From the NCBI GenBank assembly GCA_030599585.1, contig JAUVNS010000022.1, forward strand, positions 1 to 59,105: DNA of 59,105 bases, read 5' to 3'. Below are positions 19,854 through 30,730 of the stretch, piece after piece. The stretch comes from Promethearchaeota archaeon. Lineage in GTDB: Archaea; Asgardarchaeota; Lokiarchaeia; Sigyniarchaeales; SOKP01. The translations under genes and the position numbers were made by a program. The first letter of the stretch is position 1. Each line of letters begins with the position of its first letter. The notes under the pieces were generated by a model, which was given only the letters and a program-made list of their open reading frames with translations, ran no database searches and was not told where the DNA came from.

Positions 19854-20200
19854 CGCTTTCTTCTTTAAACCAATTCTTATAAACTCCTAGCAAAATTATG
19901 GCTTTTTTCCTTCAATCTACCCCCTCTCTATATGAAGGATTAATATAAAATTATATGATTTAACTCCGACTTTTTTAACGCAATATTTCCGAAATAATAA
20001 AAATGACGCAAAAATTATTGGCGATTTCAATTTTGTCGGCAATACACTTGTTAATTTTCTATCAATATTGTATTGCGCCATTAATTAATGAAGTAAAAAT
20101 ACCGTCAAAATATTATTAACTACTTGATACTGGCATAATTAATATTATATTAATTGTGTGATTATATCATTAATGTTAGTAATATTGGTAGTAAATTAAA

Positions 20201-21385
20201 ATGTCGGAACCAGATCAATATCAACATTTTACTGGAGTTTTTCATCTTAAACAATTTAGTCCTGAGTATATTAATATTAAAAAAAAAAGAAAGGCTAAAC
20301 CAAGAAACCTAAGAGCTTATCATTATGAAAAGCCCTCTACTTTAAATTTAGATTTAAAACCTATTGGAGATATTTGTGGAAGAATGAACTTCTTCAGTCA
20401 ATATTTTGAAATGTATTTGGCAAAGAAAGTTGATAATAATGCCATGAATTGCACTTTAGAGGATATTATAAAAAATCACGATTTCGGTCAACTTACGCTA
20501 AAAAAGAGGGAAAATGTTCTGGTTTTATTTCTCTCATATATAGCAAGAACTGAAGCAAGAAGGCGAAGTGATCGATTGAAAATAAATCACTTAAAGCAAA
20601 TACCTAATGAAATCTATAAAAAGACCTTAGAAAGTTTATTTTATAAAGTTCAACAAGATGAATTAGTAACTGATGAAACAACATTAAGAAAATTCCAACA
20701 GCAGCAAGTCTATCAAATAACGAAATTTCCTCGCATATTAAAACCCTATTATTGGACTTTATTAATTAACAATACAAATGTTCCATTCATTATCGCTGAC
20801 AATCCTATCCTTACAAACTCTCATATTTCTATAATTAATAAATACATAACTCAAGTCCATATACCTATCTTAGGATATCCCGAAGGTTTTTTTATGCCAA
20901 TAAGTCCCAAAATTGGACTTATGTTATACCAATTTAAAAAGATAAGGTTTCCATTATTGCCGAATAAGATTCCAATCGATAGTAGACGTTTAATGCTTGC
21001 GTTAAATAATAGAATGATTAGATATGCCGAAAGAGACGTTATTACCTCTTTTAAGTCATTAAACTTATTAAAATCAATCGTGGGATGGGATCCTAAATGT
21101 CTTGAACCGATTAAATGGGAGCATAAAAGTCTTAGAATAGATCATGAAAAAAGCAATGTTTATAATTTAATCGAACATAAACCAAAGTTCCAGTGCAAAA
21201 CTTGTAAAAAATACTTCGAAGAGGAACATCAGTATCAACAACACATAAATAATCCGGTGGTACACCTAAAAAGAACAATACAATGTCCGTACTGTCATAC
21301 AAAGGTTAAATCAAAAGAAGGATTAGATCAACATATTGAAGATAAACACCCAAACCAAATTAAAAAAAAAGATACCAAAACATGA
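20201..21385 (+). CDS. DUF4238-like protein with two C-terminal C2H2 zinc fingers
   Basis: QHFTGVFHLKQF, FIIADNPI and FMPISPK resemble DUF4238 motifs; CKTC...HINNPVVH and CPYC...HIEDKH. Confidence 0.6.
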   Translation: MSEPDQYQHFTGVFHLKQFSPEYINIKKKRKAKPRNLRAYHYEKPSTLNLDLKPIGDICGRMNFFSQYFEMYLAKKVDNNAMNCTLEDIIKNHDFGQLTLKKRENVLVLFLSYIARTEARRRSDRLKINHLKQIPNEIYKKTLESLFYKVQQDELVTDETTLRKFQQQQVYQITKFPRILKPYYWTLLINNTNVPFIIADNPILTNSHISIINKYITQVHIPILGYPEGFFMPISPKIGLMLYQFKKIRFPLLPNKIPIDSRRLMLALNNRMIRYAERDVITSFKSLNLLKSIVGWDPKCLEPIKWEHKSLRIDHEKSNVYNLIEHKPKFQCKTCKKYFEEEHQYQQHINNPVVHLKRTIQCPYCHTKVKSKEGLDQHIEDKHPNQIKKKDTKT

Positions 21386-21538
21386 CATAAAATGCAAAAT
21401 CATCACGGGTCGATAAAACCAAGGGAAAGGCCTTCTGATTCTTTTAATATTTGATAAAATATTTTTTGATTAATATTATATTTATAAAGGAAAAAAAACC
21501 AACAGTCTCTTTTCTATTTATAGCGAAAAAATTTATTT

Positions 21539-22282
21539 TTGTTTGTGCTAGAAGTTCAAAAACACAATAATTTTGTTGAAAATAAATTAACTGAAATTAA
21601 CTACCATTCGCATAATTTTAACGAAATACCACCAATTATAGGCATTATTACAGCAGATCAGTATGGAAACACCATAATGGTCTTCGATTACGATTCTAAT
21701 AACGAAAATAATTACAGACCAATTGAATCTTATCTATCAGGAGGAGAAAAAAAACTATTAGAAATTGATTTGATTTCGATGTATTTAAGCTCGTTTAAAA
21801 TGTTTGCGGGGCAAACTAACATACAAAACTTGTCACACCTTGAAATCTACGGTTCCAACATTAAAGTTCAAATATACTTTTTATTTGAAAAATATATGAT
21901 TATCATATTTCTTAATACGAATACTAATTTAAATTCACAAGAAAAAGCTCGTATTCTTGAATACTTAAAGGAGAAATTAGTTAAGTATGAACATCAATTT
22001 ACTAATTTTAATGAAACAAATTCAAGAAAAATTATTGGGGTGATTGAAAGAAATGGAAAAAAGTGGTTTAAAAAATTAAATAAAGATTATATACAAACTT
22101 TTAAAAACCTTTTTCTAAAGAAACACGAGAAAATTGAAAAATCAATGAGCGAAATAGGGCTAATAATTCAAAACGAGTTATACGAGTATTTAGAGTATGT
22201 ACCAGACGAGGTTTTAAATAATGTATCAAAAGAATTAAAAAATAAAATCCAGGATAAATTATTTGAATTTAATTACACCTAA
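21539..22282 (+). CDS. Roadblock/longin-like protein (Asgard-type)
   Basis: IIGIITADQYGNTIM...LISMYLSSFKMFA, then beta strands and MIIIFL: profilin-like fold pattern. Confidence 0.4.
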   Translation: MFVLEVQKHNNFVENKLTEINYHSHNFNEIPPIIGIITADQYGNTIMVFDYDSNNENNYRPIESYLSGGEKKLLEIDLISMYLSSFKMFAGQTNIQNLSHLEIYGSNIKVQIYFLFEKYMIIIFLNTNTNLNSQEKARILEYLKEKLVKYEHQFTNFNETNSRKIIGVIERNGKKWFKKLNKDYIQTFKNLFLKKHEKIEKSMSEIGLIIQNELYEYLEYVPDEVLNNVSKELKNKIQDKLFEFNYT

Positions 22283-22423
22283 TTAAAATCTCGATGTAAT
22301 TGGACAGCCTCTTTATTTGACCTGCAACTTTAAATTTTTTGCTTCTGATCCAGAAATTTTTATAATAATTCTAAAAATCTATGATGGGATCGATCATAAA
22401 AGTTAAATAGAATTTTATAGATT

Positions 22424-23068
22424 ATGAACACAACGATCATAAAAAAAAGATTGATAAAAATGAAAAGTTATGATGAAAGAATAAGGGAAAGTCTTAAAAC
22501 TTTCATAGAAGAAGAAATTGAATTATTTATTGGCGATACAAGCAACGATTATATGCTGTACTTAAATGTATTATCGTTTAAGGCTTCAGTTTCAGGACCT
22601 ATCACGTCGTCTACAATAGAAAATCCTGCAAACTTATTCCCTCATACCAATGAGATTCAATGGGGAAGGCTGAAAGCAGGAGATGGTCATTGTTTAGAAG
22701 AGGAAGCAGAGCAATTTTATCTTGAGAATCCAAAAATTTTTTACATCGATTTTTCTGAGTATTTTGAGAGTCTATTTGATGATTGCATAGAATCTTATAA
22801 AAGTAAAATTGTTAATGATGCGAAGCAGTTTTCAGATTTTTTAATTGAAGAATGCGACTTTGAAATCATCGAAAAAAGTAGTAGTAGAATCGATCTTAAT
22901 TTAAAACTTGGTGATTTTTTTGATATTGATTTAGTAGAATTTGAACCCGGTTTTTCTGAAGCTTTATACAAGAAATCCCTTGAATTTTTGAAACTCAAAT
23001 CGTCAAACGAGTTCTTTTGGGAAGGTAATCGGTTAAATAAATCGTTAGAAATAACAATAAATCTCTAA
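22424..23068 (+). CDS. Acidic hypothetical protein
   Basis: 214-aa ORF. Confidence 0.55.
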   Translation: MNTTIIKKRLIKMKSYDERIRESLKTFIEEEIELFIGDTSNDYMLYLNVLSFKASVSGPITSSTIENPANLFPHTNEIQWGRLKAGDGHCLEEEAEQFYLENPKIFYIDFSEYFESLFDDCIESYKSKIVNDAKQFSDFLIEECDFEIIEKSSSRIDLNLKLGDFFDIDLVEFEPGFSEALYKKSLEFLKLKSSNEFFWEGNRLNKSLEITINL

Positions 23069-23130
23069 CTATATTTTTTTATTTTTAACAAAAATTAAGC
23101 AAAACCAAATTATAGAAGAAGATAATAAAA

Positions 23131-23619
23131 ATGGAAAAGATTGCAAATAAAATTGAAAAGATATTGAAGGGGAGGATAATAACATTATTCCCTCCAAATA
23201 AGGGTAATTGCCCTTATTGTTTCTCTAAACTAGAATCTTTTGATATTTATAAGACAAGATGTTCGAAATGTAATAAAGAGATCACAGATTTCGATTATTT
23301 AGAAGCAATTGCTAACGAGCTAAATTTCACGTTAAATGTTTCCACTGTAAAAATTAAATTAAACCGAACTAAAAAAAGGATGTTAAAAAAAATGGACAAA
23401 ATAAGAGAGGTATCAATTTTAAAACCTAACGAAAGAATTGTAAAGAAAACCGTAATCGTAAATACCGACGATTTAATAAAAGAGTTTAAGAAAAAATATG
23501 AATCTGACTGTGCAAACGCTAGAGCTTGTTCAGAGACATCTTGCTGGCTCTTAGCAAAAGACTTATGTCTAAACGAATTAGATAATAAAATAGATAATAT
23601 TATCAATTTCTACTTTTAA
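23131..23619 (+). CDS. Zn-ribbon protein
   Basis: CPYC...CSKC. Confidence 0.55.
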   Translation: MEKIANKIEKILKGRIITLFPPNKGNCPYCFSKLESFDIYKTRCSKCNKEITDFDYLEAIANELNFTLNVSTVKIKLNRTKKRMLKKMDKIREVSILKPNERIVKKTVIVNTDDLIKEFKKKYESDCANARACSETSCWLLAKDLCLNELDNKIDNIINFYF

Positions 23620-23676
23620 AATTAATTTATGTTATATATTTTTTTCAATTTCAATTAAAATAAAGAAGTATAAATT

Positions 23677-24072
23677 ATGAGCGATTATAGGTGTTTAAAT
23701 TGCAATTCTGAAATAGAATTCGAAGATTCTGACTACATTACCACATGTGGAAATTGTGGTTGGAGAAATGAGCTAAATGACACTCCCGCAGTCGATCCAA
23801 TTGCGATCAAGTCGAAAACATTTGAAGATTACAGTTGTCAGATTGCGTATCCACTCCTTGAAAAATCTCTATTACAATATTTGCCTCGACAATTACGAAT
23901 TGCTGTGGAAGTATACCTAAAAAACCCAACGCTGTTTACGAAGGAGATGTACCAAAATATCTATCATAATATATTTACCAAAGATATTTCTAAGTTATCG
24001 GAAAGGATTAAAATTTTAAAGGCACGATTAGAATTTGCACTATTTTTTAAAACTACTGATTTTCTTAATTAA
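23677..24072 (+). CDS. Zn-ribbon protein
   Basis: YRCLNC...CGNCG. Confidence 0.6.
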   Translation: MSDYRCLNCNSEIEFEDSDYITTCGNCGWRNELNDTPAVDPIAIKSKTFEDYSCQIAYPLLEKSLLQYLPRQLRIAVEVYLKNPTLFTKEMYQNIYHNIFTKDISKLSERIKILKARLEFALFFKTTDFLN

Positions 24073-24169
24073 ATTTTTTTTTATATTTTATCTAAAAATC
24101 CAGAGAAAAAAATAGACTAACGAGATTTATTCAAATTTTCTTGTATTTTAAAAAAGTAGAGAAAGAGTT

Positions 24170-24646
24170 ATGTATATGAAAGAGCCCGAATTAAATTTTA
24201 TTCCAAAAAACAAGAATGTTAATGAACTAAAAGACTATGCTAGGAGGAATAAACTGACTGGATATTCTAACCAAAGAAAGCAGAAATTAATTGAATTAGT
24301 TAGCTCGGACCGAAAGGAAAAAGCTAAAAACCTATTATCAAAGCTCCAAAAAGATATTTTTTTAGAAATCGTAAATCTCTATAACAACGGGAAAAATTAC
24401 GAATATATCATTGGGGTCACTAGTGATATTTTGGCTGAAAGATTAAAAATACAAGAAAAAACGATAACAGAAGAATTAATGATTATTAAAGAAAAAAGTT
24501 TTCTAATAGGTGAGCCTGAGACTTATTGGGCAACGCCATTTGACAGAGAAACGGGTTTACTTGGAAAAAAAGCAACTATAAAGACTCATAAATGGAAAAT
24601 AACAGAGAATGGCAAAAAACTGGCGATAGCTTTATTAGGACTATGA
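24170..24646 (+). CDS. Rho-N/HeH-like nucleic-acid-binding domain plus winged helix
   Basis: KNVNELKDYARRNKLTGYSNQRKQKLIELV; C-term WKITENGKKL. Confidence 0.6.
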   Translation: MYMKEPELNFIPKNKNVNELKDYARRNKLTGYSNQRKQKLIELVSSDRKEKAKNLLSKLQKDIFLEIVNLYNNGKNYEYIIGVTSDILAERLKIQEKTITEELMIIKEKSFLIGEPETYWATPFDRETGLLGKKATIKTHKWKITENGKKLAIALLGL

Positions 24647-24732
24647 ATATCCGTTTAATTTAATAATAATGCTTTAATTGATTATTTTTTTTTATGTACA
24701 TATATCGTTCTTAAAAATAATACAGAATAAAA

Positions 24733-25644
24733 ATGAAAATATATAAAGAAATCCAACCTGATCCATATTCCAATAATAATACCCATATATTAAAAATCAC
24801 ATTTGAAAATGATGGAAAAATACATTATTTTCTGCAAGGTTGCTATATTTCTATTCCCGATCTAAATATTTATAATTACTATAAAGAAATAAATAAAAAC
24901 CTCCCAAAACCGAATTGGTTTTTTAATCATAAAGCGTATACTTCAATTCCCCTCAATTTAATTCAAAAAATTGTTTTCCCTTATAACTTCGAAATGAAAA
25001 TTTTAGTTCGCAGATTGGAAAAGGGAAAATTCACTCCTCCAAATTCGTTGTTATTGGAATCTCGTTTTCAATTTATACCCTCACCGATTTATAGGGCGTT
25101 TATCAGTAGAAGCGTCAGAGAGAATGAGAAATATGCTCCCGATATTATTTCCCAATATATTCAATATTGGGGTTTTTCTCCCTATACTGTTGGTATTCAC
25201 CCTTTAAATAAACAATATTCAGATGTAGAACTTTTAGATGAAATAAATAACCAAATCCAAATGGCTGATGTTGTTTTCGGAATTGCAACAAGGCGCGATC
25301 AACTCGCAAATAATTTACACTGGAAAACATTTGAATGGCTTCAAGGTGAGACTGGAATGGCTCTTTCTAAAAAGAAACAAATTCTAATACTTGTTGAAAG
25401 GGGTATAGATCTTTCAGGGCCGGCGTCGAAATGTGATTGTATAGTATTTGATTCGTATAATTTGAAGAAAATTCCTTTATTTTTTGATAAAATAATGCCG
25501 ATAATTCGAGAAAATATAAAAAAGAGATTAGGTACTGAAGCATTATTTAAAATTCTGTTATTAGGTGGCACGCTTGCAGTTGGGGGATTTGCAATAAAAG
25601 GGATAAGCGATACAATTAAAGAAATGCATGAAAAAACAGAATAA
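24733..25644 (+). CDS. TIR-like/nucleotide-processing domain protein with C-terminal hydrophobic helix
   Basis: RAFISRS...IQMADVVFGIAT...WLQGETGMALSKKKQILILVE; hydrophobic ILLLGGTLAVGGFAI. Confidence 0.6.
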   Translation: MKIYKEIQPDPYSNNNTHILKITFENDGKIHYFLQGCYISIPDLNIYNYYKEINKNLPKPNWFFNHKAYTSIPLNLIQKIVFPYNFEMKILVRRLEKGKFTPPNSLLLESRFQFIPSPIYRAFISRSVRENEKYAPDIISQYIQYWGFSPYTVGIHPLNKQYSDVELLDEINNQIQMADVVFGIATRRDQLANNLHWKTFEWLQGETGMALSKKKQILILVERGIDLSGPASKCDCIVFDSYNLKKIPLFFDKIMPIIRENIKKRLGTEALFKILLLGGTLAVGGFAIKGISDTIKEMHEKTE

Positions 25645-25756
25645 ATGATAAGGAGGATAGGTTTTTGTAGAACTCTTCAACATTATCATTATATTTTTTC
25701 TGTATTTCATATAATCTTTCAATTATCTTTTTTTTTAGTAATTTTTTCAAAAATAA

Positions 25757-26335
25757 TTATCTTATCGTCAATTGAGGAAAAATGAACTTTATTAATTGCT
25801 CAAACGACTCTAAGATTCCTTGCCCTTTTATTGCGATTGTTTTATTGATATAGATTTTTTTAAACGAAGAAAAATCAATTTCGTTCAAGAAACCTTCCTT
25901 AGATATTTTAGTTAGATTTTCAATATCATATTTATTTAATGAGATTATAATTGGAATAGTATGAGCCTTATTACCAAATAAAGATCGTAATTCATTCCAC
26001 GATCTCAAATTATGATGTAAGCATTGAACTCTTGAATCAGCCACAAAAATTATCCCATCAACACCATTTAAAGTTGCTTGTCGGGTAATAGCATAAAAAT
26101 CTTGCCCGGTTGCAGTATAAACTAAACAATTTAAATTCCACTCAGCACCTTTAAAAGGTAATACGCCGAAATCAAAGAATAAAGTTCTTCCAACAGTATT
26201 ATCTATTGAGGTTACCTTATCTTCTTTATTGAAATAAGCAAATAAATATTTTATTGATGTTGTTTTTCCTGACATAGCAGGACCATAATACACAATCTTA
26301 ATCTGTAAAATTTTCTTTTCATAATCATATATCAT
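25757..26335 (-). CDS. MglA-like small GTPase
   Basis: IKIVYYGPAMSGKTT, RTLFFDF, TATGQ, GVDGIIFVADS, LNKYD: MglA family signature. Confidence 0.85.
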   Translation of the reverse strand: MIYDYEKKILQIKIVYYGPAMSGKTTSIKYLFAYFNKEDKVTSIDNTVGRTLFFDFGVLPFKGAEWNLNCLVYTATGQDFYAITRQATLNGVDGIIFVADSRVQCLHHNLRSWNELRSLFGNKAHTIPIIISLNKYDIENLTKISKEGFLNEIDFSSFKKIYINKTIAIKGQGILESFEQLIKFIFPQLTIR

Positions 26336-26544
26336 ATTCTATTCCTACCCCATAAATTGACTGTTTTATTTGATCCAAATGAATTCCTAATTTTTCTTTT
26401 AGCGCCATTAAGAATCGAGCTATAAATTCCAAATTTCTACTAAGATATTCTTATTCTATTTAAAAAACCACTATTTTTCTCATACAAAAAAAAGTTTTTA
26501 AAAAAAAATGTGTAAATTTTCAATTAAGTCTATTTCTAGTAATT

Positions 26545-28722
26545 CTAGAGTCTCAAATTTGTCTTCCATCTATTCCAAAAATCTTCTAGCTTTTCAAAAC
26601 TAAACTTACTCAAATAAGAGATTTTGTGGAAAAATTCTATTAAATCGGTATTTGATAATTTATTATTTTTCTTAATATATTTAAAAATATCTTCGAATAT
26701 CGTAATATATTTCGAAAATGACTCCTCGTCAAGATTCATAAAATCTGTTAATTGCTGTATAGATTTAGTTCTGAAGAGATCGTCCGTCATCTCATCCCAA
26801 TCGTTTGATTTTGGATTGTATTTAAAGATCGGTCGTAGAAAGACTTTGTCTTCCCAAGAAGCTTCGATTTCGGCAATTTGAATTATTTTTCTTTCGTTAT
26901 TATTTTTTTTCATTAATACTAATAAATCTAAGTCGTTTAGGCATGTTTGATCAATTTTAAAGTGAGATAAAAATCTATTTATTAACGATTCTAAACTATT
27001 TGCGTGTATCGTTTGAAAACCTTTTAATCCTGCGGATAAGCAATGAAACATTGCTTCTGCTTCTTCTTGCGTAAGAATTTCTCCTAAATATATTATATCC
27101 GGAGACCGATGCAATAACTTTTTAATCTGATTTTGCTTTGAATATTTATGAATAATAGCATCTTCAATCGAATCTACTTTGTATTTTAATTGATGTTTTT
27201 TAAATTGTTTTTGATTTAACGACTCAACTGCATTCTCAACGTAAACTTTTCTAAAATTTTTAGGCGCTAATAAATCAAGAGCATTTATCAGCGTTGTTTT
27301 TCCAGTATCGGTTTTACCTACAGACGTTATATTATTTTGATGTAACTCGTTAAAATAGAGAAAAGCGGCCATAAGTGGACTTAATGTTTTATTTTTCAAT
27401 AAATCCTGAATTGTAAATATATTCTTATTCAATTTCCTAATGTCCAATGCAAAATGATTGAAATTTACCGGTTCTACATCAGTTGTGAATCGACAATAAA
27501 AGTATTTGTTTTTAATAACAAATTTAATACTAGGATTTGAATAATCAAGTCTCTTTCCACTATATAACCTTAGAAAGGACTTTAATCGCTCAATTTCTTT
27601 TGCATTAAAATCTATTAAAGTTCGGCATCTCCCATATTTTTGATGATTAATATATATAGCATCGTTATCCGAGTCTAAAAATATCTCTTCTATGAAATCA
27701 TCTATAAGTAAAGGAAAGATTTTTTCCAAATTTATTATTCTTAACGCAGAATGAAACCCTAACCTTTCTTTTTCGCTTTTCGTAAAATTGTACTTTTTGC
27801 TAATAAAATTAATAGCTTGGATTTTTAGACCCTCTATTAAATCTTCTAACGATATTTTTTTAGAGAAAGAAATTTTTGGGGTTAAGTAATCTTCAACATT
27901 TCTAACGATCTTCTTAGAAAAACTTTCTTCTTCTTTATCCTTAAAACACATTTCAATTTCATAGATTTTTTCGTATTCGTAAGGTATGTGATAAATTAAG
28001 ATTTTATACAAATTTTCGTTTCCAATATTGTATATTTCAATTAATTTTCTTTTGATCTGTTCTTTCTCTTCCATAATCTCTTTTTTTAACGGTAAGAGAT
28101 TAGAATTAATTGAAAGGAGTTCTCTATAGTCAATTAAATAATTAGAAATCTCTCCTTTCTCCTTTTTAAGTGTTTTATATTCCTGGATAACTTGAGTGTT
28201 TTCTAAATATGCTAATAAAGATTTGATTTTTTGCTTTACATCGCTGTAACATCTTAAGCAGGTGGGCGATTGAACATTTTGATAATCAATTAATTTAAAT
28301 TTTTCTAAAACTTTTAGGTACATTCCTATAGGATCGCAAAACTCTTTTTCGTCTAAATGAAAAACTGATTCAAAATTTGGAAGGATTCTACATTTAAATT
28401 CTTCAAAATTACATTTTTTTCTTACTCCAATTTTGATGGATTCCCATAGATTTTTAATTTTATTTAATTTATTAAAATATTGCAGGAATAATCTGATCTG
28501 GACCCAATCAATTAAATAATCTGCGTTAATTATGACCTTCTTAAATTTTTTTTTCCTAATAGAATATAATTTTACTAAAATGCATAAGATACATTCTTCT
28601 TTATGAAATAATTTATTTTTGCTTTCGAGACATTCATTACAATCAATTAAAGCTATATTTTCCTTTTTGCCGTCAAAGTTTTCTCTTTCTTGAATTTCAA
28701 TTATTTTATTACTAGTTAACAT
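26545..28722 (-). CDS. Type II/IV secretion (TadA/CpaF/VirB11-like) ATPase with Cys-rich N-terminal extension
   Basis: LDIRKL, Walker A GKTDTGKTTLINAL, VENAVES, Walker B PDIIYLGEI, His box TIHA. Confidence 0.85.
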   Translation of the reverse strand: MLTSNKIIEIQERENFDGKKENIALIDCNECLESKNKLFHKEECILCILVKLYSIRKKKFKKVIINADYLIDWVQIRLFLQYFNKLNKIKNLWESIKIGVRKKCNFEEFKCRILPNFESVFHLDEKEFCDPIGMYLKVLEKFKLIDYQNVQSPTCLRCYSDVKQKIKSLLAYLENTQVIQEYKTLKKEKGEISNYLIDYRELLSINSNLLPLKKEIMEEKEQIKRKLIEIYNIGNENLYKILIYHIPYEYEKIYEIEMCFKDKEEESFSKKIVRNVEDYLTPKISFSKKISLEDLIEGLKIQAINFISKKYNFTKSEKERLGFHSALRIINLEKIFPLLIDDFIEEIFLDSDNDAIYINHQKYGRCRTLIDFNAKEIERLKSFLRLYSGKRLDYSNPSIKFVIKNKYFYCRFTTDVEPVNFNHFALDIRKLNKNIFTIQDLLKNKTLSPLMAAFLYFNELHQNNITSVGKTDTGKTTLINALDLLAPKNFRKVYVENAVESLNQKQFKKHQLKYKVDSIEDAIIHKYSKQNQIKKLLHRSPDIIYLGEILTQEEAEAMFHCLSAGLKGFQTIHANSLESLINRFLSHFKIDQTCLNDLDLLVLMKKNNNERKIIQIAEIEASWEDKVFLRPIFKYNPKSNDWDEMTDDLFRTKSIQQLTDFMNLDEESFSKYITIFEDIFKYIKKNNKLSNTDLIEFFHKISYLSKFSFEKLEDFWNRWKTNLRL

Positions 28723-28790
28723 GTCTAAAGAATTATTAAAAAAAAAAGATATAAATAACCACTTTTATTATGCTTGCTACGATTTTTTCG

Positions 28791-29912
28791 TTAATTTAGA
28801 TGATTTAAAAGCGAATTTAGAAAAGTATTCGCATATTCTTGATAATTAAAAATTTTTAACCGGTTTAAGTTGTTTATTTTTTCTAATCGATTTAATTTGA
28901 AATATTCTTTTCTATTTAAAACTAATATAAGTATCTGATATTTATCGTAATAATTTGCAATTACTTTATTTAATAATTCGTAATCAACCCTTTCAAAAAG
29001 GACAAACAAGATGTTTTTTTTGATTAAAATCAAATTTGGATTTAATCTATGGAAATTGATTTTATTTGTTTTTAAAAGTTTTTCACATTTCAAATTTAAT
29101 TCGGTTAGGTCTTGTACCTTTTCTATTTCGTTATAATTAAATAGTTCTGAGACTTTATTAAACGCTAAACACTCCTCTGAGATTTCTAATCTCCACAGGA
29201 GTTTAAATAGGTTCTTTTTCTCTAATTTTTGTTTTTTTAATAGCGGGATTTTAAAGAACTCATTAATTTCTTCATTTAAATTCGTTTCATTTCCATCTGT
29301 TTCTTTTAATTCAATAAAATAGTTGGATAAGGAGATATCACCATTTAATGCTTTTTTAAAATTTAAAATGAAGGACCCCTTAAGCTCTCTTTTCTTTAAA
29401 AAATTAAAAAAATCGTGTAAGAAAGTTGTTTTTTCAGATAACTTCAAAAGATCTAGGATTGAGAAGGTTAATAGATGAGTTGAACGACCATTTTCTATAA
29501 TAACTGCATCTTTTGATTTTGAACAACTAAATTTTGAATCTTTATTATTGAATCCTATATTAAAAAACTGCTTTTCCAAACTTTCTTCTTTTAAAAATAT
29601 TATTTTTTCTTTTATTTGAGATAATTTTTCCCTTATTATATTAAAAGAATTTAATATTCTTTTTTTTTCAAAATCGATAAATCCAATAAAAACTAGAATC
29701 TCGTAATTGTTTAATAATGATATTTGAATCGAATAATAATTAAGATAATCCATTTTTAAAAATTCGTTAAGATTAGCAATTGCTAAATCGATATCTTGTA
29801 TTTTTAGAATTGAAAATGCAATTTTCTTTTTTTCCTTACCCAAACTCGTAAAAAATAATAGATTTTCTTCTATAAAATACGTAGATAGATTATATTTGCT
29901 TTTTCTTACCAT
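28791..29912 (-). CDS. Hypothetical protein co-oriented with the pilus ATPase
   Basis: 373-aa ORF. Confidence 0.6.
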   Translation of the reverse strand: MVRKSKYNLSTYFIEENLLFFTSLGKEKKKIAFSILKIQDIDLAIANLNEFLKMDYLNYYSIQISLLNNYEILVFIGFIDFEKKRILNSFNIIREKLSQIKEKIIFLKEESLEKQFFNIGFNNKDSKFSCSKSKDAVIIENGRSTHLLTFSILDLLKLSEKTTFLHDFFNFLKKRELKGSFILNFKKALNGDISLSNYFIELKETDGNETNLNEEINEFFKIPLLKKQKLEKKNLFKLLWRLEISEECLAFNKVSELFNYNEIEKVQDLTELNLKCEKLLKTNKINFHRLNPNLILIKKNILFVLFERVDYELLNKVIANYYDKYQILILVLNRKEYFKLNRLEKINNLNRLKIFNYQEYANTFLNSLLNHLN

Positions 29913-29971
29913 AATTCACATATATAGTAATTTTGAATTTTTATAAAATGAATATTTTTAGAATAATAAAA

Positions 29972-30370
29972 TCATAGGGATTGGAGCCCTCTCTTCTTAA
30001 ATTTTTCTTTTAACTCGTTAATTATTGCTAATCTATTATTTCCCGCTGATTCCTTACCCCTGCTATTTGAATGGGGTATTTTCGGTGGATGGTGCAATGT
30101 ATTATTGTCCGAAATTTTACTTTTATCGAAAACATTTTTTTCTGATTTTGGTGCTACAGGAGGATGTGATGGCAATTCTACCTGAATATTTGAGTTTACA
30201 CTTACTGGATTTAAAATGTGTTTAGATTTTAATTGCCTTATTGCCTTCTCTTTATTATTTTCTAAGTTTTCCGCTTCCCAAATTTTATTTATTAGCTTGT
30301 TTAATGCTATAACATCGATTTCTTCGCTATTCGAAATTATATCCTTATTCTGATCCTGTGTACTATTCAC
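29972..30370 (-). CDS. Proline-rich protein with C-terminal amphipathic helix
   Basis: LPSHPPVAP, HHPPKIP, then RLAIINELKEKFKKR. Confidence 0.5.
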   Translation of the reverse strand: MNSTQDQNKDIISNSEEIDVIALNKLINKIWEAENLENNKEKAIRQLKSKHILNPVSVNSNIQVELPSHPPVAPKSEKNVFDKSKISDNNTLHHPPKIPHSNSRGKESAGNNRLAIINELKEKFKKRGLQSL

Positions 30371-30517
30371 ATAATATTTTAATAATAGACATTTAAAAAC
30401 TACATTTTAATTGAACTGCTATAACTCGGTTATATGCGTTAACACGTTTTTAACTCCGATAATTTTTTAATATTTTTTATAAGGGTTTTAATAATTTAGA
30501 TTGAAAAGCATGTTGTT

Positions 30518-30730
30518 ATGAAATATTTAAAAAAAATAGCAACTGGTTTTAAGAAAAAAGTCGTTGAATTTATTTTAGACGAATATGGCGGGAATCTGAG
30601 CGAATATATAATGGGGATAGTTATTGGCGTTATCATTTTCTTTGTAATTATAGCGATTGTCCTTGGAGTTTTTACATGGGCAGGAGATTCTTTTAACGAT
30701 CTTTTCAATTGGACTGGAGCTGGTGGATAA
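30518..30730 (+). CDS. Flp/Tad-like prepilin
   Basis: Basic leader, FILDEYG|GNLSEY (Glu+5, Tyr+6 as in the Flp motif), then a hydrophobic helix; 70 aa. Confidence 0.7.
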   Translation: MKYLKKIATGFKKKVVEFILDEYGGNLSEYIMGIVIGVIIFFVIIAIVLGVFTWAGDSFNDLFNWTGAGG

